From positions 46,810,001 to 46,874,000 of the forward strand of contig NW_025964223.1 of the NCBI RefSeq assembly GCF_023055435.1: 64,000 nt of DNA. Reading direction: 5' to 3'. A model generated the notes under the pieces. It worked only from the letters and a program-made list of their open reading frames with translations. It did not search any database and was not told the DNA's origin. How positions within the stretch are numbered: position 1 is the stretch's first letter; the number at the start of each line of letters is the position of its first letter. Positions 26,996-37,670 of this stretch are shown one piece after another. This stretch comes from Haliotis rufescens (taxonomy: Eukaryota). A program made the position numbers and the translations under genes.

Positions 26996-28485
26996 TTCAG
27001 GCAGACTTATTTTATTTGGCCAAATGAATATTTGCCCGACGAGGCTCAGACCCTTGTATTTGACAATCTCCTATCAAGTACACACAAGTGCTGCAATAAC
27101 GCCATGACCTCGGCGGAGACATGACTGAAACAAGCACTCAGGGCAAATATAACCTGCTAGGCCCAGGACGAAAGGTTCAGTTTGAGGGATTTCATATTTA
27201 TGTATAATGTATGGTAACTGAATAAATATGAAACTTATGTTTTATACATGACTGTACATACACTTATCATAGTTACCAAGTTACAAGAGTGGATATATTA
27301 TGACTGTGTAACCATTTGATAGAATATCATACTCTCAAAAGCGTAGTAACAATGTTTTCAAAAGTAAATGTCGTGGATGGAAATTATTCTATGTTGCACC
27401 ATCACATGAAAATTACGTCTTAAAAAGAGTCACAAAAGAGTATTATTGTCTTTCGAGTTTTTATTATCGATGACCTTCCGATGACCGCAGTTTTCGCGTG
27501 CAAGCCATGGAATTTTTCACTGTTTTCTTGGGCAAGTTTATTATGCACATATTTAAAAAAAATCATTCAGAACATAACTGCAGCCGTGGCCATCATGGTG
27601 ACAGAATTACAATCCAGTTGAGCATCTGTATGATGCCATTGTCAAACAGGACCAGAAAAACTTTATCAATTACGCCAAGCTTCCCCGGAGTATTGGTCTG
27701 GCAATGACCTCCGCAGTCTTCGTTCCATGGGCTGGGGTTGTCGTACATACCAATGGCTGACACACGCTGCGCTAGGGTGTAAAACGGCCGTGTCTCAAAT
27801 GGTGACGTAATCGGCACGTGCAAATACTTCTCCGTTACCGTTTGAAGAGCTTCACTTTAAAATCTACCAAACACACACAGGTCCCACGTATCACTTTTAA
27901 AGCCGTAGAGAAATAACAGAATAACTCTCATGAAAATCACATATGCGTCGGTACATGTGATTTAAACAGTATTTTATTTCCATTAATGTTCAGATTTTAC
28001 ATTAAATAGCATTACAAAATGGAAAAAGGATTAGCAAACAGGCCAAAAAGGCCTATATTAATTCGGTACATGTATGTATGGACATATATGATCGTGGTTA
28101 ATGAAGCATTATCTGATGCACATGTCTCAGCATTATGCAGATTAATATCGTCGAGCCGTTTTGTAATGAACGTCGACTGCGAGTCAAGAAAAACCCACAT
28201 GCATCACCCACATGCATAACATATGACCAAAGAAGCAACTGAGGGCACGCGAAATATTCAACACATCTATCACTAGTTCAGCCGTTAACACGGTTTAGAA
28301 GCGCATAAATACGTGATTGTAAAAGTATCAATTTAGAATCAAATCTAAGTGAAACATGTTATTCGATAATGCCAATTTCGTTTCAATAATTAAAATCTAT
28401 ATTCAATATCTCGCACAGAAGATTTTAGTTACAATTTCAACACGCATGTCTTCAAAATACAGTCCGTTTTAGTTTGAAGAACATA

Positions 28486-28648
28486 GTGAGTGACTGACGT
28501 TTTACGCCGCTTTTAGCACTATTCCAGTAATATCACGGACACACAGAAATTGGCTTCACACATTGTACCCATGTCGGGAATCGAACCCGGGTCTTCGGCG
28601 TGGGGAGCGAACGCTTTAACCACTTTGCTAACCGACCGCCCCTCTGAC
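28486..28648 (-). mobile_element. Family C SINE
   Basis: Reverse complement of the B-box GGGTTCGATTCCC and the GCGGCGTAAAAC tail; flanked by gaacata on both sides. Confidence 0.8.
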
Positions 28649-29120
28649 GAACATAAACGTTTGTAGTAGCATGAAGGATAAACAATCATATTTACGGAGA
28701 TGTGTTTTCTCTTTATGTGGATGTGCAAGACGATGATTTAAAAATGGTTTATTTACATGGCTGGTGCACACGTCCCCATAAGCAGTTTGTCTTCACCTTT
28801 ATTGCACACAGTCACGTACATAAACGGGAATACAATAAATACTGATATCTTTCATTTCTTTGGGTTGTCATGTACTGTTTATGTATATTTGATCAACAAT
28901 AAAGAAAATGTAGGGGTTGCCCGTGAGTTAAAGCGTTAAAGTTAATTAAAGAAACTGGCCTTAACTATGACCCAACACATTCCTCCAGAAGATCAGATTG
29001 ACATAGATACAATCCTATATTAACTTAGACTGTAATGTCCAGTTTCAGTAAAAAGAAGAAGAAAACCAACCCTTATTATCTGAAACTGTATCTCGCATTA
29101 TTAAACTCGCCTATGTGAAG

Positions 29121-29378
29121 GACCCGTGACGAAGAATAGGTCTTCAGCAACCCATGCTTGCCGTTAAAGGTGATTATGCTTGTCGTAAGAGGCGTCTAAG
29201 AGGCGTCGGGTGGTCAGGCTCGCTGACTTGGTTGATGCATGTCATGATCCCAATTGGGTGGATCGATGCTCATGATGTCAATCACTGGATTGTCCGGTCC
29301 AGACTCGATTATTTACAGACCGCCCTCATATAGCCGTAACATTGCTGAGTGCGGCGTTAAACAACAAACATTCAAGCA
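29121..29378 (+). mobile_element. Family B retroposon just upstream of BHMT exon 1
   Basis: Same body and tail; small deletion in the head. Confidence 0.85.
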
Positions 29379-29561
29379 AGCTTGTGTGAAGAACACTTGA
29401 CTGTAATAATATGCAATGTGTGACAGGTTAAAACATGTCACGTAATTCAACAATTCTGTAAAACAGTCACGTGAACAATTTGCACGCTGATTACTCATGG
29501 TTCGTAATACTTGGTGCCGTGAAGACAGTGATATCCTTATAGCTGTCGAGGCACAGTCAAC

Positions 29562-29574
29562 ATGTCGAAGCAAG
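29562..29574 (+). CDS. BHMT: BHMT-like exon 1 (MSKQ/G)
   Basis: caacATGTCGAAGCAAG|gtacgt; phase 1 fits exon 2 (G+GT = Gly, then LVERL). Confidence 0.65.
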
Positions 29575-32500
29575 GTACGTCTAAAAATGTGATCGTATTT
29601 ACTTTTTAAAGTAATGTATTATTTTGGGTTTTTTAGTACTTTTGTGGCTATTATTACAATCATCGAATATTTTGTCAGAGAATTACTATATTTATTCCCA
29701 GTACAAGCATTTAGTTTGAAGCGTCTATCCATAGTATACTGAACAACAAAGGTTCCTGTGACATTGAATAAGATTTAATGTAAAGTAATGTTTTTTACCA
29801 AATCTGAAACAATTTCGGTTTGCAACTCCTGTCAGTGTTCAAATGGTTTAATTTGCCATACTGGCTTCAGAAAATGCGTCGTCAGTGAATAGAACTTGTC
29901 CCCACTGCATGGCTGTCCAGCGTACGTAGACGCTGTCTGCACCACTGTAGTCGTGCTTGACGGTGGTTTCCTGTCAAAATGGGACGTCTGGCGGGTCTTC
30001 TGGCGACAATTCCTGCACATCTGAGGCGGCGACGTACGGTTTGTGAAGATATTCGTCGAAGGCCAGGGATGCTTCTTGAAATCACTGTGGCTGGCTGAAA
30101 TCGATTTTGTAGGTGTGTCTTCGTAGGTGTGTGTCCAGTTGTCTTGTCGATTATTGGTTACGCGTGGCCTGCCACTCCGAGGATTGTCTCTGACTGCATT
30201 CGTCTGTTGCCAACCTTGCCATAAACACCAAATGGTGTTTCTGTGGACGTTAAATTGTCTTGCAACATCACGTTGACTTGATCCTGCTTCAAGCATACGA
30301 ATGGCTCGCAGATGCTCATTTTCGGACAGGCGTGGCATTTCGTAATGCTGAATAATTGCGTAATTGTGTTGTTTTTCTGAGTGGTTGTTGTCAGCACGAT
30401 GCTAAACAATGCATGTGGAATCCCGTTAACGCACATGTTTGTATACCCATTCTTGGGTAGTGAAATGCATGGGGCTTGCATAAAAGTCAACTTTGCATGG
30501 AATGCATGCTTTTCTGTAGCAGTTGCTTTTTTGTGACTTGATTCCATACATGTACTTCAATATTGAAAACCAAACTTTACTTGTTTGAAAAATACACTAA
30601 AATATTGGTGTCACAGGAACTTTTGTTGTTGAGTATACACACCGTCCAAAGGTGCATGCAATATACCTGCCCATGCACGTGTGAAATAAATTAACATTGA
30701 GATTCCCGTACAGTTTGCAGTAAAATCGTTCTAAACTTCCGGATAACGAATCAATGTTCATTGTGAATCGTCTTAAAACGTTCCTGAAATAATCATTCAA
30801 GAGAGTGGGTTTGATGATTAACGGAATACTAATTGAGGAACTGCTACTTCGTATGCGCATACTTAATAATGAAAGTAATAAATAATATGCAGCATAGTGT
30901 AAAAATATGTAAAAATACGAGCTAGCTGCCATGGGACTTTTTTAACCCAACTGCTAGGTTTGGTTGAGCGGCTGGCAAATGGCGGCGACCTGGTCGTGGC
31001 GGAGGGCTACCTGTTTGAGTTTGAGAGGAGAGGCTACCTCAAGGCTGGAGCATATGTTCCCGAGGTTGTACTGGAACACCCTGACTTGGTGCAGAGTCTC
31101 AGTGAGGAGTTTGTCCATGCAGGCAGCGATGTGGTCCTAGCCTTTACGGTGAACAATAAAATTGGTTATCTTGCATATATTCTGTAAACATAATGTTATC
31201 GTATTGTCATCATATATTTGGGATTTTATCGAATTAAAAATAAATTGTTGCAAGGTGTTGTCTTTAAAAAAGATCTGATTAGGCCCAGGTGATTTGAGCT
31301 CTTTATTTATGCAAGTTCAAATCTCAAATGACAAGCGTGATTTTTCTAAACCATTGTTCAATTCGGCTCTCATTCACTCAATTAATATCAAGAATGAAAT
31401 GCTTTGTTCAAATGATGTGTCAGTTACTCTGTTTCACCTCCAGCGTCAGATGACCCTATAGTAGATCACCGTGTTAAGTAATGAAATTCCTTATTATGAC
31501 CTGATCGTACTACATCGATGATGAGTTTAAAGATCAATAGTTGGATAAAGCTAAACTATCAATAGTATCTAACAAATGTTATATTTAGGATATCACTTTC
31601 TTTGTAAGGTACAGATTATCGTACATTTGTGGGTTGAGACCCGTCCGGGATTCGAACCCATAATGCAAGAGTAAGGCACCTAAGCGCCAGCACAACAAAG
31701 TTAGCGATTTAACCCACTCAGCCACCGAGGCTTCCACAAAAACGAAAGCCCGACCATTGGTAGTCTAGATCACGTACTTTGTGTACCACTCTGACAAGTG
31801 TAAATTGGCACGGCTCCCATGGCAGAAAAAAATATGAACACACAATGTCATTTAGAAAGTGGTTAAATGTAACAAATGTTATATTTTGGATAACACTTTC
31901 TTTGTAAAGTACAGATTATCGTGCTTTTGGGGGGTTCTAAGTTGGTTCTCGTACTGAGTGGGTTAGATCGCTGACTCTGAGTGCTGGCGATTAGGTGCCC
32001 TCACTCTGGCAGTATGGGTTCGAATCCCGTGCGAGAATCTGTATTTTACAAAGAATGTGTTATCCCAAATATAACATTTGTTACATTTGACCACTTTGTA
32101 TGTGGCATTGTGCGTTCATATCAATAGTATCGTAAGACGAAATGATTGCATAAACCAAAGGTTCATTACTTCAATATCCAACAATAATAAGGGGGTACCA
32201 TGTACATGCCTTTAATCGCTCCCAACGTCCCATGCAATATGTTGTTGCATCACGACATAGTGGTCGATTAGCATCGCAATAGTGTTTCCAACAGTAGAAA
32301 TACCGTTGATAGACAACCATAATCTTGTACCTCTGAAACCCCCCCCCCCCCCCCCCCCAAAACCTTCGACCAGTGCTGGAGGAACCCAAATTGGAACTGA
32401 TTCGTTTATGTGACGTTCACAATATAAAACAAATTTCCGTGCTTTTCCGTGCACTGAGCTGTTTTCAAAATCGGCCGCCATGTGATATTTTATGCAACAG

Positions 32501-35500
32501 GTTGTGTCGGTTCATGAACTGAAGTGAAATCATATTGCTACTTCAGTCCTTGGAATATGTCGAATGTGTCCGATTGCATCTTGTATATGTTTCCAGTACT
32601 ATGGCCACCGAGAAAAGATGAGATTTACTGGAAGAGAGGACCAACTGGAAGCTCTCAATGTCCAGGCGTTGAAGATAGCCCGACAGGTGGCCGACGACAC
32701 GGGGACGTTGATGGCGGGGAATATCTGCAACACGACTGTCTTCAGACGGGACAGCCAGACGCACATCGAGCAGGCCGAGGCCATGTTTAAAGTAAATATC
32801 ATGGAGATGTGTAGCTCTACTAATTCAGAGACCGCCTCCATGACCTAGTGGTAGAGCGTCCATCCGGAGAGTGGAAGGTACGGGGATCGATCCCCGGCCG
32901 CGTCATACTAAAAGACGTTAAAAAGATGGTCCTATTCATGTTAAACTGTGGCAGGGTATCTCAGTGAGCTAGCACTATAAATCGGCATTAGACCGGACTT
33001 GTACAAGCAGCCACACAAACACACACACGTACATGCACCTCGCTATATAATTGCAATAATCTTGGACGCGACGTTAAACCCCATTTCACCTCACCTGTAA
33101 TTCTGAGCCTCGCACATGTACATGTCGGAGTATTCCCTACTCACAAAGGCCACAAATACATGGCAGTGTTTTACGCTCAGTTGTGAAATACTCTAGTTGA
33201 TACCTGCTCACGAGCAGAACCAACTTGCTACAGGCACGCTTGGCACTTTTATAGAATACATTCAGTTCGAACATCCGCGGTCCGAACCTCTAAATTGTCG
33301 AATTGTGTTACTCAGTACTTTTGATACGCCTTTTGGAAAGGTCGTTTGGTAAAGAATGTGTGTAGCAAAAGTACAAGATTGTCTAATGGTGGTATAAAAT
33401 AAGTATATGGTACTAATTAACGACCAAATAGCCAAGCAAAATCAGAATTATACAAATTAAATTAATTATTTCCAAAAAGCAGGAACATATCGATGTGGAT
33501 GTTTCCAGAGGTTATTACATGTATAACAGTTTCGTCATTTGATAAATGTACAAGTATCAGGAAAGGAGATCGCTTCTACTCTAATTATGAAGGAGTCTTA
33601 TCATGTGTGTTGGTTTCTCAGGAGCAGGTGGAGTGGGCGGTGCAGGGAGGGGCTGACTTCATCCTGGCGGAGACATTCAGCGAGTACCCCGAGGCAAGAC
33701 TAGCCATCGATTGCATCCAAAAATATGGCCAAGGTACGAGAATGTTAGCGTCTTCAAACCCCCTTCACCAAGCAATGTCACTGTGTACAGACACGCTTCA
33801 CAAAGCAATGTCACTGTGTGCAGACACGCTTCACAAAGCAATGTCGCTGTTTGCAGACACGCTTCACAACGCAATGCCACTGTGTTCAAAACCGGTTCAC
33901 AAAGCAATGTCATTGTACAGACCCGCTTCCCAAAGCGATTGCCGAGATTCAAATGTAAGTCAGAGTCGAAATGGAGTTACATGAAGGTTGGGGTGCTACA
34001 GGACTATTTCCATTTTGCAGTGCGACAGTAGCGGGACAAATAAATTGCTTCTTTATATACTGTATTGTAATTATCTAAAAGTACAAGATCAGGTCTACTA
34101 CCAGAATTTCTTAATGGCCGTACATGGACCTATTTCGTAACATTTAAAACGCGTGATTTTTCATAACTCTCTGGTCAGTCATACAATGGATGGACCCGTG
34201 ATCAAAGCCGCAAGCATGATGAAAATGATTATAAAAAATATGACGAGCCATGCCATTATGTCGTTTAAGGATTGCTGACTGTTCCAAGGCAGGTCATCCA
34301 CTTACAAGTTGTTGAACAGTCTCTTTAAATTAATTGCACAATCTAACCTTAATATTTACATGAAGAATTGCGATTACGAAAGAGAAGTGTCTGGTCTTTA
34401 GCAACAACAAGGGAGCTCTCTCTCACATTTGAGAACAGTGGAACTCATCCAGGCAAAACAGTCAGTAGCATTGCGATTCTGTTCAACACACTGCACGTAA
34501 ATACTATGCAAGGTTTTCCAAGAGGCCTCTCCTCAAAGAACCGATTCTTGGAAAAGGGTTTTCCTGGTTGACACTCATCTCCGTACCGTACAGCAATACA
34601 CCACAATCCCAGGCTCTGTCCAACAAACGTTGCAGCTTTAAATAGCAGTTGAATTCCTTGCTTCCATCACGAATCATAACATGCTTCACCAGCAGACCCT
34701 GCGACAAATAAGCGCCAAGGTAGAGGGTAACATTCTTTCATGAAGAGCTTCCACATTACTCAGTCTTCGACCTCCAGAACTGATTGGCATATAAACGATT
34801 CAGAGAGGACGAGGATGGTGAGCTTATCAGACATGATCCTTCACGCGAGGCAGTCAATCAGCCAAAGTGCAAAGTCAGGCACAGTATAGATATTATTTCG
34901 AGCAGGAAGCTCTGAACTCCAGATTTATGTATTATCATTTGGATTAGGATTATTCATGTTGCTGTTCTTGTTCTTTTGAATGTAATTATTCATTTATTAT
35001 TTACAGTATAATCGTCATTGCAACGATTGGTTTTGTTGTTTAACGCCGCACTCAGCAATATTCCAGCTATATGAGGGCGGTCTGTAAATAATCGAGTCTG
35101 GACCAGACAATCCAGTGATTGCTATCATGAGCATCGATCCACGCAATTGGGATCGATGACATGTATCAACCAAGTCAGCGAGCCTGACCACCCGATCCCG
35201 TTAGTCGCCTTTTACGACAAGCATAGTCACCTTTTACGGCAAGCATGGGTTGCTGAAGACCTATTCTACCCCGGAATCTTCTCGGGTCTCTTTGCAACGA
35301 TGTTGTTATTTCACTCGTGTGACTGCATCTGCTCCAGGTATTCCAGCAGTAGTCAACATAGTTCCCCACATTAGTAAGCTCACATTTGACGGACAGACCT
35401 TCGGTGCCGCATGTCGTCAGCTGGAGGAGGCAGGAGCGGCAGCTGTAGGCGTCAACTGTTGCCGAGGTCCGGGGTCGATTATCCCTGTGATAAAAGAGAT

Positions 35501-36713
35501 TCGCCAGGCGTGTAAGGTATGAATAGATCTCAAAACTATTCTCTTTGATATAATAATGAGGCCATATTAGTCTGCAGTGTATTCAGATATCCCCGAGACT
35601 GCTTCCATTATTGTCTATCTTTATCATTGCCATTATAGGGTCCCATTGCTGCTCTGCCAGTTCCGTACAGGACAACTCCGGACTTCCCATCCATGCAATC
35701 ACTCCGTGATCCATTCTCAGGTATTATTATGATCTGTTTGTGGTTCGTTTGTTTTGCTATTTTGTGTTAAAAGCTCCCCCTGTGAGGAGAAGCCACTATG
35801 GATAACATCAAAGGATTCATTAGCGTCGAATTGCGTAATTGTTTAAAGCATCATATGATGTCGAAGTTAAAGAAGATAGTCACTCTTTTCAATAAATATA
35901 TTATGAATACAATTTCCATGGCGTCTAAAAGAATGTTCATTATTTCCACTGAAATACAATGTTTTCAAAGAGCAAGTCTCCCTACACAGTTGTAAGCATT
36001 GAACGAGCCATGCCACTGTGTCGTTTAAGGAGGGTCGTACGTGCCATGGCAATACTGGGCATCCACTGAAAATGCGTTAAACAGTCTCATTAAATTCATT
36101 GCCAATCTACCCTAAATATTTTCATTATTTTTATTATTAGAAGGGAGTTTTGTGATCCCATTTGTTTGGTACTTACTGGCCCACCAGGGCCATTCCATAT
36201 TTAGGGAGACGTTACAGTGTCATGCTTAATAACAGATAGGCATATTAGTATATGTACAATGTATATCAACTGTCAAGGGACAGAATATATTATCAAGCAT
36301 TTATTACCTTCATATTCCAAAACAACACCGGCTGATTGCATTGTAGTCGTACAGTATTTTGATTCATGCAAACTACAGTGTTTATTAAAGTATATACATA
36401 CATCGATGAATGTCGTTTTTTGTCAGGCAAGCAAGCCTTTCCTTATGACCTGCCAGCGTTTGTGTGTGGCCGGTCTGAGATATATGCCTTCGCAAAGGAA
36501 GCCAAGGAGATTGGGGTGCAGGTTATAGGCCTGTGTTGCGGGAACAGCGCCCACCATACACGGGAAGTAGCCCAAGCGTACGGCCGCACACCGCCGGCAA
36601 CAAGATACTCTCCCGACATGAGTCAGCACTACGTGTTTGGGAAGAACAAAGCCTTTTCAGACTACTTTCAGAAGGGCCTCAAGCAAGAATTGGTTTTTGG
36701 CGCCTCGGAGTAG
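29562..36713 (+). CDS. BHMT: Betaine-homocysteine S-methyltransferase-like (Hcy-binding/S-methyl_trans family), 7 coding exons: 29562-29574, 30958-31148, 32597-32791, 33622-33733, 35338-35516, 35639-35720, 36427-36713; ~352 aa
   Basis: GT-AG introns with compatible phases give 1059 nt of continuous frame; motifs [59 protein letters not shown] and GLCCG (Zn ligands). Confidence 0.92.
29737..30635 (-). mobile_element. Tc1/mariner element, internally deleted, in BHMT intron 1
   Basis: ~28-bp TIRs (TACTGAACAACAAAGGTTCCTGTGACA / TGTCACAGGAACTTTTGTTGTTGAGTA) flanked by TA; transposase N-terminus with HTH, GRPR and VRRRL...WC...VLFTD, truncated after the first catalytic Asp. Confidence 0.9.
29860..30338 (-). 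pseudogene. Truncated, frameshifted Tc1-like transposase
   Basis: [19 protein letters not shown]...RSGRPRVT, then frameshifted [21 protein letters not shown]...RLQWC; the DDE domain is missing. Confidence 0.85.
30958..31148 (+). CDS. BHMT: BHMT-like exon 2
   Basis: ctgctag acceptor; [25 protein letters not shown]...VLAFT; donor gtgaac. Confidence 0.92.
31571..32120. mobile_element. Foldback composite of tRNA-headed units in BHMT intron 2 (homologous segment at ~5025-5200)
   Basis: ~85-bp inverted repeat at 31832-31917 / 32037-32120 enclosing A/B-box-like sequence; a second tRNA-like unit on the minus strand at ~31571-31730. Confidence 0.65.
32597..32791 (+). CDS. BHMT: BHMT-like exon 3
   Basis: tttccag acceptor; YYGHREK...MAGNICNT...AMFK; donor gtaaat. 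Confidence 0.92.
32829..33095 (+). mobile_element. Family D SINE, internally deleted, in BHMT intron 3
   Basis: Matches the head and tail of 22754-23105. Confidence 0.85.
33622..33733 (+). CDS. BHMT: BHMT-like exon 4
   Basis: tttctcag acceptor; [19 protein letters not shown]...; donor gtacga. Confidence 0.92.
33762..33935. repeat. 33-bp minisatellite in BHMT intron 4
   Basis: ttcacaaagcaatgtcactgtgtgcagacacgc, about 5 copies. Confidence 0.85.
35028..35291 (-). mobile_element. Family B retroposon in BHMT intron 4, 10-bp TSD
   Basis: TSD ttgcaacgat at 35018-35027 and 35292-35301; near-identical to 10912-11183. Confidence 0.9.
35338..35516 (+). CDS. BHMT: BHMT-like exon 5
   Basis: ctccag acceptor; IPAVVNI...[13 protein letters not shown]...CK; donor gtatga. 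Confidence 0.92.
35639..35720 (+). CDS. BHMT: BHMT-like exon 6 (absent from the ORF track)
   Basis: cattatag acceptor; [27 protein letters not shown]; G|gtatta donor. Confidence 0.9.
36427..36713 (+). CDS. BHMT: BHMT-like exon 7 (terminal)
   Basis: ttttttgtcag acceptor; AFPYDL...IGLCCGN...YSPDMSQH...*; candidate AATAAA at 37259-37264. Confidence 0.92.
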
Positions 36714-37418
36714 TTGGGGCGCTGGGCTGTACTGGCAGTTCCCCTGCTGGAATGCTGCAGCCTTGATGTCTCTGTCATACAAATACTAATACTCTAAAAT
36801 AATTGCCAGTTTGCTAATATGCAAAGATAAGTGTTAATACTATGCTGTACTATATACTAAGTATATGGAAAAGAAGTATATTAGCTTACAGATTGATCAA
36901 TCGTCTAACTGAGTACTCAACAAATCACTCTCTCCACTGTACTCCCTATGAAACCGCTGTCAATGTGAATAATTTGGTATGTCGCCACAACTTCTATCAA
37001 GAACGCAACGATTGTAAGAATGAATTTGAAGTTGAAATTGATTTAGGTTTCATTGAAGAATATGTGAAATAAGTATGTAAATAAGTCGACCTGATTAAAA
37101 TTACACTGTGCCTAATATAGTTTTTGGACTTGCATGTGTTTTAAACGTACTTAGATCCCTGAGTAATCAGAATGGGTACATTACATCATTTAAGATTAAA
37201 TATGCTGGTGGAAAGAAAAAACGATGTATGTGATGTATGTTTGTTATTTTTATCAATTAATAAATTGTTATACATCATTGTTCAATATCTTTATGAATGT
37301 TTGCTGACTATTACATAGAAGATATTGTAAGTGAAGATACTGTCGGAAGGCCACTGTTTCTTACTATAGGGCAAATATAGGAATTCTCTTCCATACGAAT
37401 TTACATGAGTCATTCAAT

Positions 37419-37670
37419 CCGTGAAGATCCGGGTTAGAATAGTTCTTCAGGAAACCATGCTTGTTCTAAGAGGCGACTATGCTTATCGTAAGAGGCAATT
37501 AACGGGTCCGGGTGGTCAGAATCGCTGATTTGGTTGATGCATGTCATGAAGTGAGTGGATCGATGCTCATGATATCAATATCTTGATTGTCTGGTCCAGA
37601 CCCGAATTGTTTACAGACCGCCATCATATGGCTGGAGTTCAGCGTTAAACAATAATCAAACAAACACACA
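37419..37670 (+). mobile_element. Family B retroposon (diverged)
   Basis: ccgtgaagatccgggttagaatag...gtctggtccagac...gcgttaaacaa. Confidence 0.8.
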
